From the NCBI GenBank assembly GCA_964016885.1, contig OZ024741.1, positions 394,506,001 through 394,570,000 of the forward strand: a DNA stretch of 64,000 bases, read 5' to 3'. The stretch is from Eledone cirrhosa. Taxonomy: Eukaryota. Numbering within the stretch: the first letter of the stretch is position 1; every line of letters starts with the position of its first letter. The notes below the pieces were generated by a model that made no database searches, was not told where the DNA came from, and worked only from the letters and a program-made list of their open reading frames with translations. Shown piece by piece: positions 1 through 17,458 of this stretch. Made by a program: the position numbers and the translations under genes.

Positions 1-99
1 ACCTTCCATGTCTCTAGATAGACATATCTCTGGGACTGTTTAGCTCTTACTCTAAAGTTACTAATTACTACTTAATGTTAAGTGGTACATTCTTCACCA

Positions 100-470
100 A
101 GAAGATGGTGACAATGAGTTTTCTCTCTTATAAGGAATGTCAAAACAGGATAGTTGTATACAAACTGTGATGCTGCATGATAGCAAGAAGTGAACCTGAA
201 CTTGGAAGATTTGCAATGGTTAGAAAGAAATAAGGCAAGCATGATCTACTGGCAGTGTAATATTAATGTGTATGAATGTGGAGTAGGGAGAAAAGCTGGA
301 TATGAAAACAATCAGATGTAGTGTACAAGAAGGAATACTGCACTGGTACAAGTATGTGATGCATATGGTGGATGTCAGTTGTATGAAAATGAGCCGAACA
401 TTGTAGAAGAGAGAGACCTATGAAGATATGGGACAAAGCAGTGAAAGCCAATCTCAAGAAGCTGGACAAA
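100..470 (+). mobile_element. Old, degenerate 3' fragment of an RTE-clade LINE ORF
   Basis: Manual translation gives DSCIQTVMLHDS, LQWLERNKASM, TIRCSVQEGILHWYKYVMHM..SCMK and RERPMKIWDKAVKANL. These are colinear with DACIRTAMLHGS, RRLERNEACM, GIRCCLLERRLRWYGHVIRM..SCIK and GRPRKTWDDLINSDL of the RTE at 3705-4100. Confidence 0.7.
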
Positions 471-1337
471 TAAGGGAATAGTAAAAAAAAATCCATGAGT
501 AAAATATAGTACTGAAGTAGAGCCCATTTACACACACACATTAATGCAATCATGGCAAAATGATAATTAAAATAGCAGTGGTGATGGAGGTTGGGATGTA
601 TGATATATCTATCTACATTTGAATTTTTTTTATACATTATATTATATAAATATGTTTTAAATAATTTATCTGTAGCTCTTCAATAGAGTGGTTATCTAAT
701 CTGTTGTGCAAATTGGCATCACAAGCGCAGTACCAACTTAATGCATGAAACTGTATGTAAGCAAGGTTGCTGATAAGATAAAGATGCAACAGTCTGTTTG
801 TTTAACTGTGTACATTCTCTACTGATACTATAATGGGTAACTCCATTGTGCATCGAGTTTACATAGATGTAATCTCAGCATTTCAATTAAACAAGAAATA
901 ATTATTTGAGTTCAGTTTTATTTTGCTAACAAATGCATTTTATGTTCAGAAGTACTGATAAATGTAGTTAAATTATTGCATCATAGTTCAACAAGATAAA
1001 ACTAGCTATTACAAAAGCAAGAAATTTTGTGAAACAAAAAATTGAACAAGTACAGAAAGCAGTAACTAAGAATGTTGCTACAATGCAGAAGCTAAATCCA
1101 GAGCATCCTCAATAAAGAAAAGAAAGAAAATAAAGTAGATAGTAAGTTTTAAAAAAAGCTGGTGATCCTAATGAAGGAAAAAAAAACCAATGACTTCAAT
1201 ATGTTGTCAAAAGCTACAAATGTTGTTGGTGATTTACACAAACACACCAAGTACACACGGTAAAGTGGTTGGTGATAGGAAGCTATCAAGCTGTAGAAGA
1301 CATACCAGAACGACCCTAAGTCGTACATCCGTCTATC

Positions 1338-1433
1338 ATGTATATATATATATATGTATATACACCTACACATACATGTGTATATATATATATACACCTA
1401 CACATACATGTGTATATATATATATACATACAC
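1338..1433. repeat. (TA)n-based minisatellite (about 2.5 units of TATATATA...CACCTACACATACATGTG) abutting the truncated RTE 5' end
   Basis: Direct repeats are visible in the sequence. Confidence 0.8.
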
Positions 1434-4400
1434 ACTACTGTGACAGTAATATCTGCATACGCGCCCCAATCCGGACTGCCCGGCACTATAAAAGACAGAT
1501 TCTATGAGACACTGATGCTCACTACCTCCCAAATAACCGACAGTGACTATATAGTTATTGCTGGCGACCTAAATGGTCACATTGGACAACATTGTGACGG
1601 CTACGATGAAATCCATGGAGGCTATGGGTTTGGTACTAGAAATGAGGAAGGCTCCAGAATCCTGGAATTCTGTGCTGCAAATAACCTAACTATCTGTGAC
1701 ACTAACTTCAAAAATCGAGACAATCACCTGATCACCTACAGATCAGGAGAACACACCAGCCAGGTAGATTATATCCTTACCAGAAGACGTGACAGAGTGT
1801 CTGTTGTAAACACTAAATCCCTCCCCCATGAAGAATGCACCTCTCAACATACACTAATAATTAGCGACCTCATAGTCAGGACGAGACGTACTAGACAGCA
1901 GAAGAGGACTATCCTCAGGAGAAAAATATGGAAGCTAAAGGACCCTGCAGCCAGAAATAAATTTAAAAGCATATTACTTGATGCTTTCGACAGTAAGGAA
2001 GAGCAATTAGAGTCGTACAATATAGAGGAGCAGTGAGAATTCCTGAAAGCAAACCTGCTGATGGCGGCAGACGAAGTCTGTGGCTGGAGCAGGCCTATAG
2101 GTAGGAGGAGAGTAACACGGTGGTGGAACAGTAAGGTGGAGGAGTCAATTAAGGCCAAAAAGCAGGCTTGGAAAGTATGGCGGGATGGGGGAAGTAGAGA
2201 AGACTATCTAGTGGCCAGGAGGGAAGCTAAGAGACAAGTGTACTTCGCAAGAAGGGAAGCAGAGGAAAGAAAGTTCAAGCATGTTCTACAACGCGATGAC
2301 CAAAAACGTGAGGTATTCAGGATTGCTAGGCAATGTGTCAAGGAAAACCGTGATATTGTCGGGGAGAAGTGTGTACTTAATGATGATGGCGTACTTGCCA
2401 TCACTGATGCTGATAAGAAGGTAGCTTGGAAGTGTCACTACGAAAGGCTACTAAATGAGGAGAATAAATGGGAGAAAGACAGTCTCCCCCAGATCGATCC
2501 AATAGAGGGACCAGCAGTGTTAGTCGAAGGTAGTATAATAAGTAACGCAATCAAAGATATGAAGACGGGTAAGGCGGCTAGGCCTTCGGAAATAGTTGCT
2601 GAGATGCTGAAAGCCTCTGGAACGGTGGGACACACCATGGTCACCCGGATAGTAAACCAAGTCATACAGAATGGGGTTGTTCCGAAGGGTAAAGGAGACG
2701 CCCTAGATAGGAGTAACTATAGAGGCATTAAATTAATCGACCAGGTCATGAAGGTCACGGAAAAAGTAATAGCACAACTAATCAGAGAGAGAATTGACCT
2801 AGATGAAATGCAGTTCGGGTTTGTGTCAGGCAAAAGTACCACAGACGCTCTTTTCATTGTACGACAACTACAGGAGAAGTACCTAGCTAAAGGTAAACCC
2901 CTCTACTTAGCTTTTGTCGACTTGGAGAAAGCCTTCGACAGAGTTCACCGTTCCATTATCTGGTGGGCTCTTAGAAAACTAGGTGTTGATGAATGGCTTG
3001 TGAGAGCTATACAAGCCATGTATAAAGAAACAGTCAGCAAGGTTAGAATTAACAACGAATATAGTGAAGAGTTTAGCGTAAAAGTTGGTGTTCATCAGGG
3101 CTCTGTTCTTAGACCCCTACTATTTATTATTGCCCTCCAGGCTATAACAGTGGAGTTCAAGACCGGCTGCCCATGGGAACTCCTATATGCAGATGATCTA
3201 ACGCTCATAGCTGAATCAATGGCCGAGTTAGAGAAGAAATTCCAAACATGGAAGCACGGCCTAGAATCAAAAGGCCTTAAAATTAACGTGGCTAAGACTA
3301 AAGTTCTAGTTTGTAGGAAAGAAAATAAGGCGCCGGTCCCTTCCGGGAAATGGCCATGTTCAGTGTGTAGGAAAGGCGTAGGTAGAAACTCCATTTTATG
3401 TCCCAAATGCAAAATATGGGTGCATAAAAGATGTAGTGGGATCACAGGTAAGCTAACTAAGAACATAGATTTTACATGTGGCCGGTGCTCTGGTGCAATA
3501 AGTAGCAGCAAGTGCCCACAGAATACTAGCTCTTTCAATTGCGCAGAGGGTTCTATAGAAATAGTGGACAGCTTCCGTTACCTGGGTGACAAAATCAGCA
3601 GTGGGAGAGGGTGCTCTGAAAGTACAGTAGCTAGAGTCAGAACTGGATGGAAAAAGTTCAGAGAGCTTATACCACTATTAGCCGCTAAAGGGTTCTCCCT
3701 ATAAATGAAAGGCAGGCTGTATGATGCCTGCATACGAACAGCAATGTTGCATGGCAGTGAGTGCTGGGCATTGTGTGCAGAGGATATACGCAGACTAGAG
3801 AGGAACGAAGCTTGCATGCTCCGCTGGATGTCTAATAGTAATATACGCGAACGGCAAAGCATAGACGAACTAAGGGAAATATTAGAAATAAGAGGGATCA
3901 GATGTTGTTTACTCGAGAGAAGGCTACGTTGGTATGGTCACGTGATTCGCATGAAAGACGACAGCTGTATAAAAAGTGCAGGGCAATAAAGATAGACGGT
4001 AGCCACGGAGTAGGCAGACCCAGAAAAACCTGGGACGACCTGATAAATTCCGACCTCACACACTTACACCTCTCCAAGACAATGTCACTGGACTGAGATC
4101 TTTGGCGGTACTCAGTAATAGAGAAGACCCGCCTTACCTAAATACAAAGTAAAACCTACTACAGTCAGTAGGCATCTCTATCAAAACACACCCCCGTCCA
4201 CCACCTCCGTCCCATCCACACCGCCGCTTTCAATGTAAAGTTATGTTGGTGCCACAACATCCAGGCCGAAACAAATGAGATCGTGTAGGTGTCACGACAA
4301 AAAACACACAGTCCACGCTGTAATGTGGCCGTGTAGGCAACACGGTAAAAACCTCCCAGCCCCACACTGTAAATGTGGTTGGTGTTAGGAAGAGCATCCA

Positions 4401-4520
4401 GCTGTAGAAAACCCGCCAGACAGTCCTATGCGAGCAAGACAACCACTCTTGCCTCAATTGGGAAAACCCCCGTCCAAACCCATGCAAGCGTGGAACACGG
4501 ACGCTAAACCTTGATGATGA
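1434..4520 (+). mobile_element. RTE-clade LINE copy 1, 5'-truncated and pseudogenised (APE endonuclease, RT, PHD finger, 3' UTR, (GAT)n tail)
   Basis: APE motifs SAYAPQSG, AGDLNGH, SQVDYIL. RT motifs NYRGIKL, QFGF, FVDLEKAFD, GVHQGS, YADD, FRYLG. Stops at ~2034 and ~3702, frameshift near 3975. The 3' end reads ...GGACGCTAAACCTTGATGATGA. Confidence 0.95.
2061..3704 (+). pseudogene. RTE reverse transcriptase segment with inserted PHD-type C4HC3 finger
   Basis: 547-aa ORF. YADD is followed by CSVC..CPKC..HKRC..CGRC before FRYLG. Confidence 0.9.
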
Positions 4521-4534
4521 TATATATATATATA

Positions 4535-4767
<233 letters not shown>

Positions 4768-4774
4768 ATATATA

Positions 4775-4836
<62 letters not shown>

Positions 4837-4843
4837 GTGTGTG

Positions 4844-5337
<494 letters not shown>

Positions 5338-5371
5338 TATATGTATATATATATATATATATATACATATA

Positions 5372-5416
<45 letters not shown>

Positions 5417-5476
5417 GTATATATATATATGTATATATATACATATATATACATATATATATATGTATATATATAC

Positions 5477-5509
<33 letters not shown>

Positions 5510-5510
5510 C

Positions 5511-5543
<33 letters not shown>

Positions 5544-5544
5544 C

Positions 5545-5585
<41 letters not shown>

Positions 5586-5591
5586 TATATG

Positions 5592-5652
<61 letters not shown>

Positions 5653-5658
5653 GTATAT

Positions 5659-5772
<114 letters not shown>

Positions 5773-5773
5773 G

Positions 5774-6136
<363 letters not shown>

Positions 6137-6137
6137 G

Positions 6138-6234
<97 letters not shown>

Positions 6235-6271
6235 GTATATATGTATATATATATATATGTATATATATATG

Positions 6272-6343
<72 letters not shown>

Positions 6344-6352
6344 TGTATATAG

Positions 6353-6402
<50 letters not shown>

Positions 6403-6442
6403 GTATATAGATATATATATATATGTATATATATGTATATAG

Positions 6443-6518
<76 letters not shown>

Positions 6519-6540
6519 GTATATATATATGTATATGTAT

Positions 6541-6641
<101 letters not shown>

Positions 6642-6671
6642 TATGTGTATATATATATATGTATATATATG

Positions 6672-6723
<52 letters not shown>

Positions 6724-6735
6724 TGTATATATATG

Positions 6736-6767
<32 letters not shown>

Positions 6768-6779
6768 TGTATATATATG

Positions 6780-6985
<206 letters not shown>

Positions 6986-6997
6986 TATATATATATG

Positions 6998-7068
<71 letters not shown>

Positions 7069-7081
7069 GTATATATATATG

Positions 7082-7133
<52 letters not shown>

Positions 7134-7237
7134 TATATACATATATATACATATATATGTATATATATGTATATAGATATATATATATATGTATATATGT
7201 ATATGTATATATATATGTATATGTATATATATATATG

Positions 7238-7345
<108 letters not shown>

Positions 7346-7357
7346 TGTATATATATG

Positions 7358-7448
<91 letters not shown>

Positions 7449-7449
7449 G

Positions 7450-7787
<338 letters not shown>

Positions 7788-7799
7788 TGTATATATATG

Positions 7800-7851
<52 letters not shown>

Positions 7852-7858
7852 TATATAT

Positions 7859-7921
<63 letters not shown>

Positions 7922-7930
7922 GGTATATAT

Positions 7931-7990
<60 letters not shown>

Positions 7991-8006
7991 ATATAGATAT
8001 ATATAG

Positions 8007-8134
<128 letters not shown>

Positions 8135-8186
8135 GTATATATATATATAAGTATATATATATATATATATATGTAATATATATATG

Positions 8187-8279
<93 letters not shown>

Positions 8280-8284
8280 GTATA

Positions 8285-8333
<49 letters not shown>

Positions 8334-8344
8334 GTAAATATATG

Positions 8345-8377
<33 letters not shown>

Positions 8378-8382
8378 GTATA

Positions 8383-8590
<208 letters not shown>

Positions 8591-8592
8591 TA

Positions 8593-8628
<36 letters not shown>

Positions 8629-8646
8629 TATATATGTATATATATG

Positions 8647-8718
<72 letters not shown>

Positions 8719-8736
8719 TATATATGTATATATATG

Positions 8737-8867
<131 letters not shown>

Positions 8868-8910
8868 GTATATATATATGTATATATATATATATATGTA
8901 TATATATATG

Positions 8911-8980
<70 letters not shown>

Positions 8981-9043
8981 TGTATATAAATATATATATG
9001 CATATATATGTATATATATATATGCATATATATATTTATATAC

Positions 9044-9101
<58 letters not shown>

Positions 9102-9112
9102 GTATATATATG

Positions 9113-9162
<50 letters not shown>

Positions 9163-9174
9163 GATATATATATG

Positions 9175-9360
<186 letters not shown>

Positions 9361-9372
9361 CATATATATACA

Positions 9373-9489
<117 letters not shown>

Positions 9490-9548
9490 GTATATAAATA
9501 TATATATGCATATATATATACATATATATGCATATATATATCTTTCTA

Positions 9549-9602
<54 letters not shown>

Positions 9603-9608
<6 letters not shown>

Positions 9609-9891
9609 GATCGAGTATCGAAAAATCGGCGCACGAGTTAACGAAAAACGAAATCCGATATGAGCGGCAGAGGGCTCAATAATTCAGATGAATCAGAGCT
9701 ATAACTATCGTTAAATACCGTCACATATAGAACAAGTCTACAATCAACCATACGATTTAAAATCGATAAAGGAAGATTCGGGCCAAACAGATAAAAAATA
9801 TCAATAAAACAATACGTCAATAATTTAAATGAATGTAAAATCATACCCGGACCCACTAGAAAGGTGTTAAATCTAGCTTCATGGGTTTCTG
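9603..9891 (+). repeat. Partial, diverged copy of the 610-bp repeat unit, embedded in (TA)n
   Basis: TCGAGTATCGAAAAATCGGCGCACGAG...ATACCCGGACCC...TCTAGCTTC..GGGTTTCTG matches 27670-27950. Confidence 0.9.
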
Positions 9892-10077
<186 letters not shown>

Positions 10078-10093
10078 TATATAGATATATATG

Positions 10094-10173
<80 letters not shown>

Positions 10174-10225
10174 TATAGATATATATGTATATATATGTAT
10201 ATATATATATGTGTATATATATATG

Positions 10226-10258
<33 letters not shown>

Positions 10259-10353
10259 GTGTATATATATATGTATATATATATATATATATATACGTAT
10301 ATATATATATATGTATATATATGTATATATATATATGTATATATATATATATG

Positions 10354-10443
<90 letters not shown>

Positions 10444-10451
10444 TGTTTATA

Positions 10452-10502
<51 letters not shown>

Positions 10503-10515
10503 GTATATATATATG

Positions 10516-10550
<35 letters not shown>

Positions 10551-10591
10551 GTATATAAATATATATATGCATATATATGTATATATATATA

Positions 10592-10791
10592 NNNNNNNNN
10601 NNNNNNNNNNNNNNNNNNNNNNNNNNNNNNNNNNNNNNNNNNNNNNNNNNNNNNNNNNNNNNNNNNNNNNNNNNNNNNNNNNNNNNNNNNNNNNNNNNNN
10701 NNNNNNNNNNNNNNNNNNNNNNNNNNNNNNNNNNNNNNNNNNNNNNNNNNNNNNNNNNNNNNNNNNNNNNNNNNNNNNNNNNNNNNNNNNN
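10592..10791. other. Assembly gap (200 N)
   Basis: Run of N. Confidence 1.
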
Positions 10792-10822
10792 AATATATAT
10801 ATATAATATATATATATATAAT

Positions 10823-10867
<45 letters not shown>

Positions 10868-10896
10868 TATAATATAATATATATAATATATATATA

Positions 10897-10935
<39 letters not shown>

Positions 10936-11210
10936 ATATATAATATATATATATAATATATATAATATATATATATAATATATATATATAATATATATAA
11001 TATATATATATAATATATATAATATATATATATAATATATATATATAATATATATAATATATATATATAATATATATATATAATATATATAATATATATA
11101 TATAATATATATATAATATATATATATAATATATATATAATATATATAAAATATATATATACTATATATATATATATAATATATATAATATATATATATA
11201 TATACTATAT

Positions 11211-11242
<32 letters not shown>

Positions 11243-11478
11243 CTATATATATATATATAATATATATAATATATATATATATATATACTATATATATATA
11301 TATAACATATATATATATATATACTATATATATATATATAATATATATAATATATATATATATATACTATATATAATATATATATATATATACTATATAT
11401 ATATATATAATATATATATATATAATATATACTATATATATATAATATATATATAATATATATATATATATTATATAT

Positions 11479-11525
<47 letters not shown>

Positions 11526-11650
11526 TATATATGATATATATAAAATATATATATATGATATATATATATAATATATATATATAATATATATAATATATAT
11601 ATATATATACTATATATAAAATATATATATATGATATATATATATAATAT

Positions 11651-11682
<32 letters not shown>

Positions 11683-12091
11683 ATATATATATATAATATA
11701 TATATATATAATATATATATATATATATAATATATATAATATATACTATATATATATAATATATATATAATATATATATATATTATATATATATATATAT
11801 AATATATATATATATATAATATATATATATATAAAATATATATATATATATATACATAATATATATATATAATATATATATATAATATATATATATAATA
11901 TATATAATATATATATATAATATATATATATAATATATATAATATATATATATAATATATATATATAATATATATAATATATAATATATATAATATATAT
12001 ATAATATATATATATAATATATATATATAATATATATAATATATAATATATATAATATATATATAATATATATATATAATATATATATATA

Positions 12092-12142
<51 letters not shown>

Positions 12143-12211
12143 TATAATATATATAATATATATATATATATAATATATATATAATATATATATATATATA
12201 ATATATATATA

Positions 12212-12256
<45 letters not shown>

Positions 12257-12337
12257 TATATATATAATATATATATATATATAATATATATATAATATAT
12301 ATATATAATATATATATATATAATATATATATAATAT

Positions 12338-12394
<57 letters not shown>

Positions 12395-12500
12395 ATATAT
12401 ATATATATATAATATATATATAATATATATATAATATATATATATAATATATATATATATATAATATATATATAATATATATATAATATATATATATAAT

Positions 12501-12531
<31 letters not shown>

Positions 12532-12533
<2 letters not shown>

Positions 12534-12688
12534 GAGATTTCTACAGGACTAGAACTGTTTCATTCATTAGAAATCATAATGAAACAGTTCTAGTCCTGTA
12601 GAATCTCATCTATATTAAAACTGTTATACTCTGCTATGTATTGAGTACCTTACTTACTGTGGTTACCTCCGATTCAACCCGGAAAACG

Positions 12689-12690
<2 letters not shown>
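12532..12690. repeat. Short insert in (TA)n containing a ~32-bp near-perfect inverted repeat (12532-12564 / 12578-12609)
   Basis: ATGAGATTTCTACAGGACTAGAACTGTTTCATT, a 13-nt loop, then AATGAAACAGTTCTAGTCCTGTAGAATCTCAT. Confidence 0.85.
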
Positions 12691-12730
<40 letters not shown>

Positions 12731-12857
12731 TATATATAATATATATATATAATATATATATATAATATATATATATAATATATATATATAATATATATAT
12801 ATAATATATATATATAATATATATATATAATATATATATATAATATATATATATAAT

Positions 12858-12930
<73 letters not shown>

Positions 12931-12932
12931 AT

Positions 12933-12991
<59 letters not shown>

Positions 12992-12992
12992 T

Positions 12993-13057
<65 letters not shown>

Positions 13058-13319
13058 TAGTCACACATACATAAATACATCAACATACATCTATATCGAT
13101 ACATGCATGCGTATGTATCCTCTAGGTGACTCAAACGAGACCTATACACACGACGGACTTGCTTATAGTTTGTTTATGAAATTACACTCAACGCGAAATT
13201 AAAACACTCGGCCGAGCTTCCGAACTGTGGGATCGATCTCGAAACCACATGATTGTGAAAAAAACACTTCTTCAATATATATTTATTCTTTAATATTGGT
13301 TTTTGTTATTTATTATCGC

Positions 13320-13420
13320 TGCCGAGTTCAAGTTTCCCTTTTGCGGTAAATTTTTCCTTTTATCTTTCCGGATCACGATAAAATAAAGTACCTGTGAAGT
13401 AGTGGAATCGATATGGTCTT
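13320..13420 (+). mobile_element. Highly degenerate SINE central-domain remnant
   Basis: GAGTTCAAG and CCTTTTATCTTTCCGGATCACGATAAAATAAAGTACC resemble the core of the SINE at 16692. Confidence 0.45.
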
Positions 13421-14779
13421 GTGGAAGACTTATCTTAAGAAAGAATTATAATTATACAATACTTTTACATATACTCGCTTGTCGCCATCTCATAAATAAT
13501 ATTGTTACACATAAAATGTACACACACAATTCCCTATGTACATAGAAGCGTAAAAGATAACGATTTAAAATACACGGAGAATACATCTGTCACAGATTAT
13601 CTGTAAATCTACTTCGAACACAAAATCCTGAATAAAATAAGATTTTACATTTTGCTTATCTAATATACAGTTTGTTTTCATTATTATTATTGTAGAATAT
13701 AAGAAACCATTGTTCTTGTAGAATGTAAAGTAAAAAAAATAAACCTGTAATTAATATTTAATTAACCAGGGTTTGAAGAATTGTTATGTCGATAATAAAT
13801 GTTAGTTTAGCGACTTTAATAATATGAAAGAATAAATGTAGGTCTTCATTAATTACTCGTTAATGAATGCAGTAAATTAGAGCAAGAGATTAGCGATATA
13901 GCATTCAGAAGGCTATGAATTTACTTACATGGCTTTTTTAGAATACGATGCTGGATTTCGAACAATACGTTGACAGTCAATGAACTATTAAGTGAAACTG
14001 TCAATAATGAAGGACTTTGTTTGAATAAAAGACGAAATCAGAACGATGAAAGATACGAAACATTAATAGTTTATGAGCGAACAACTGATAAGAAAGAGAT
14101 TTTTTTCTCTTTTAATAGCAGTGGTGAGTGATCCAACGATATCATTAGGTTTGTTACTACTGCCCATAATGGGAGAAAGAGAGAAGTGGGAGAAAGAGAG
14201 GGAAATGAGAGTTATGTAGGCGAGAAGAGTGTTTATACGTAGCAACCAACAATTTCCAAGCTGCTCAGCATCACAGTGGTTTAAAGCAAAACTACAAGTG
14301 GAGACAACTACGTATTGTGTTTCTTAAGATGCGAATTTCAATTGTGTACTATTTTCATCATTAAGGGCAGTAGATTGGCGATTCTTTGCTTAAACTTTAA
14401 TCTGTTATTTTAATAAATATTTGCTCTACGGTTCTTATATATTTGATATATATTTATCCTTATCGAGCCCTCTTTGGATTTTAGTCTTCAAATTTATTAT
14501 TATTACTATTATATATATATGTATATATATATATGTGTGTTTGTGTGTGTGCGTGTGAGTGTATGTGTGTGCGCGTGTGTATGTGTGTATGAGCGTGTAT
14601 TTTTATATATTTTTATATATCTGTATATATATACATATTTACTTTAGGAAGGTCATGCTGCCAATAAAACACACGCACCAGTTGTTTTTTACTTCAATTT
14701 ATTTCAAATTTCCAGTTGGTTGGTTTAATAACCGGAAGGTTGTTTATTTGTTTATTGTCAAAATTCTTTTGTCACACCA

Positions 14780-16680
14780 TCTGTGACTTCGTCAGTGATT
14801 AATTTGCTATTTTGTGTCTCTTTGTTCTGCCATCCACCATCTTGTTTTTGTGAGCAAGAGATTGGTCTTGTGCTGTAATTATAAGGCTTTCAATGATACG
14901 TTTCAAATCACCTTGCTTTAGTCATGTCCATGATGCTGTTGTATCCTTGATATCCTGTGGATTTCTTTCAAACTGCCAGTGCATTCTTATTTCCAGAACA
15001 TCTTTTCCCTTCTCTTCAACTCTTTGGTTATATTCATCATTACCAACCATTTCATTTGTATTCATACCCATATCTTCTACTACATATGACAACAACTTTT
15101 CGTTACTATTTACCAAATATTCAGCAAGCATTCTCCTTTCACTTCTTATACAATAATCCACACTGATGAGACCTCTACCACCATTCTTTCTCTTCATGTA
15201 CAATCTATTTATATTTGCTTTAGAGTGAAAAGCTCCATACAATGTCATTAAGTTTCTCGTCTTTCTATCCAACTTTGCTATTTCTTCTTCAGTCCACCTG
15301 AGAATGGATGCAATATATCGAACCACTGCAACTGCCCAGATATTCATTGCAGTGATTAGATTTCTCACATTCAGGCTGGATTTTAAAATCATTTTTATTC
15401 TTTTGAAATGTCTCTCTAGCTTTTTCTTTCATTTCTGCATGTAAAATGTCATCCTGTTTTAAAATCCCGACTATCTTCCGGTTCTCCTATGGTTTCTCCA
15501 GATGACAGTCTTAAGTCACTATAAGCTGCTTTTTCCTTCTTTTCATATTAAACACAGAGCAACTGGAGATCCCAAATTTTATACCGATATCGCTACTACA
15601 TATCTGAACTATTTTAATCAAATAATTTATCTGGTTTTCTGACTTTCCCAAACAACTTCAGGTTATCTATAATCAAGAGATGGTTTATGAATTCTATGCA
15701 CATAGGCAACCCATTTTAACTTTCCTAAGTGTTAGTGTTATAGGTATAAGTACAATGATAAATAGTAGCGAGTCACCTTAGAAGATACCCATTTTAATTT
15801 ATACTTCTCCACGGAATACATTGCGCAAGTACAACTTGGTCTTCCACTCTAGCATACTAGTCAGTAGAAAATTTGTGAAGTTGTCAGCAATACCAAGCAT
15901 CTGCAAGCATTCAAAATCAAAAATTGCTTTCTTAAAGTCAATCCAGGCCATAGACATGTTGGTGTGATGTTTTTTTTACAATGCCTCAAAAGTGTCTTAA
16001 CGATCACCAAGTGATCTTTGGTACTCTTAGATCTTCTCCTTCATCCTTTTTGTTCCCTTTGTAATGTTCCTTTCTGTAAGTACCTTCCATATTATGTTCA
16101 GGCATGCTATAGGAAGGTAGTTTACCACAGCATTTCCATTACTTCTATCTGCATTACAAACATTGTCCTTCCCGTTACCATCAAACGAGGAACTGCACCT
16201 TCCTAGACATATTCATTCAACTGAGTTGCTGGTCTTTCATGAACCACATTGCATCTCTTCAACCAAAATCCACGGATCTTATCTTGACCGGGAGCTTTCC
16301 AGTGGGGTGCCTTAACCATTTTATCATTCACATCAGCTGTGCTTATGGTAATGTCTCTCTGTCTTTTTTCTCCTCGGAACTCTGTATTGGTGGTTTCTAT
16401 CTGCTAGGCATTCTATACATCATAGTGTTTCCTCATATCCCATTCCAGAACTACTTGAATTGGTGAGCATTAGGAAAAGCATCCTTCCCACTGTCTCCTT
16501 TCAAAGTACAGAATAATTATTTTGGATTATTTTAAAACTATCTATTCTCCCCGAACTGCTCATTTCTGTTCAAATATTTCCTTATCCTTTGTTTTAATTG
16601 TTCTATTACGGTTTGTTCCATTACGGCTTTTTTTAAAATACTTTTTGTTTAATATCCCACGATCTGTCTTTTTTCCGTTA
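14780..16680 (-). mobile_element. Degenerate R4/Dong-type non-LTR retrotransposon fragment (RT region)
   Basis: ORF 14922-15392 NLITAMNIWAVAVVRY...LDRKTR...RLYMKRKNGGRGL. Upstream remnants MAWIDFKKA and INHLLIIDNLKL. Many stops and frameshifts. Confidence 0.8.
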
Positions 16681-16691
16681 TCATTATTATT

Positions 16692-16918
16692 AGAGGCGGT
16701 GGATTGGCAGTATCGGTAGAGCGTCAAACACCATGCTTTGCATCATAGATTTATGGCCCTTTACGTTCTAAATTCAAATCCCGCCGAGGTTAACGTTGCC
16801 TTTCATCCTTACGGGGTCAATAAAATAAAGTACCAGTCACGCACTGGGGTCTATTTAATTCACTTTCCCCTCCCCCCAAATTGCTGGCCTTGTGCCTATA
16901 TAAGAAACTATTATTATT
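16692..16918 (+). mobile_element. tRNA-derived SINE with Meta-like central domain and (ATT)n tail
   Basis: A-box-like TGGCAGTATCGG, B-box-like ATTCAAATCC, core GCCTTTCATCCTTACGGGGTCAATAAAATAAAGTACCAG, tail GGCCTTGTGCCTATATAAGAAACTATTATTATT. Homologs at 26003 and 50147. Confidence 0.85.
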
Positions 16919-17458
16919 GTTTTTTTGCTTTTAACGCCGGAGATATATTACAGTGGTAGCTGTTCACTGCGAGTGAACTGAAGTAACACCCCTTATTTTT
17001 TTTAGAACTCTGCGGCGTATTCGAGCTGTTCCAAGCAATGCTGTTTTTTGTAAGTGTTCCATCTGTATTGCAATCCCTATTTGTTTAATGTACTTCTCAA
17101 GATCTTTACTCACTCTTTTCAAAACTCCAACTATTATTGGTATTACCACCACCTTTTTCAGTGACCACAACTGCTTAACCTCCCAAGCTAACCTGTCATA
17201 TCTATCAATGTTTTTCCTTCTATATCACATACCTTGTTATCAACTGGACAGGCTATATCTATGATCCAACACTGCTTGCTTTCTTTCTCAATTAATACAA
17301 TATCTGGTCTCCTGTGCTCAATCTCATGGTTACACTGTATCACAAAGTCCTACAGGATCTTTGTGTCATCATTTTCGATAACGCCTTCAAGGTTATGATC
17401 GACCCACTTTTCTGCTCTGTCAATTGCATATTTGCCACAAAGTGCCCAATGGACTATC
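16919..17458 (-). mobile_element. R4/Dong-type LINE, 3' part (RLE endonuclease) with (AAT)n tail
   Basis: IVHWALCGK...RRPDIVLI...IIDIACP...LQKTALLGTARI. The tail merges with the SINE's ATT tail. Confidence 0.85.

Noticed and set aside
600-1330. Possible host exon(s) in unique-looking sequence
   Set aside because: Stops interrupt the frames checked, and there is no recognisable domain or convincing splice pair.
13850-14340. Non-repetitive stretch with a short TTGACAGT..ACTGTCAA inverted repeat and a GA-rich tract (possible regulatory element)
   Set aside because: An 8-bp stem is expected by chance and there is no independent support.
16692-16790. tRNA gene
   Set aside because: A/B boxes are present but there is no cloverleaf, and a SINE core and tail follow.
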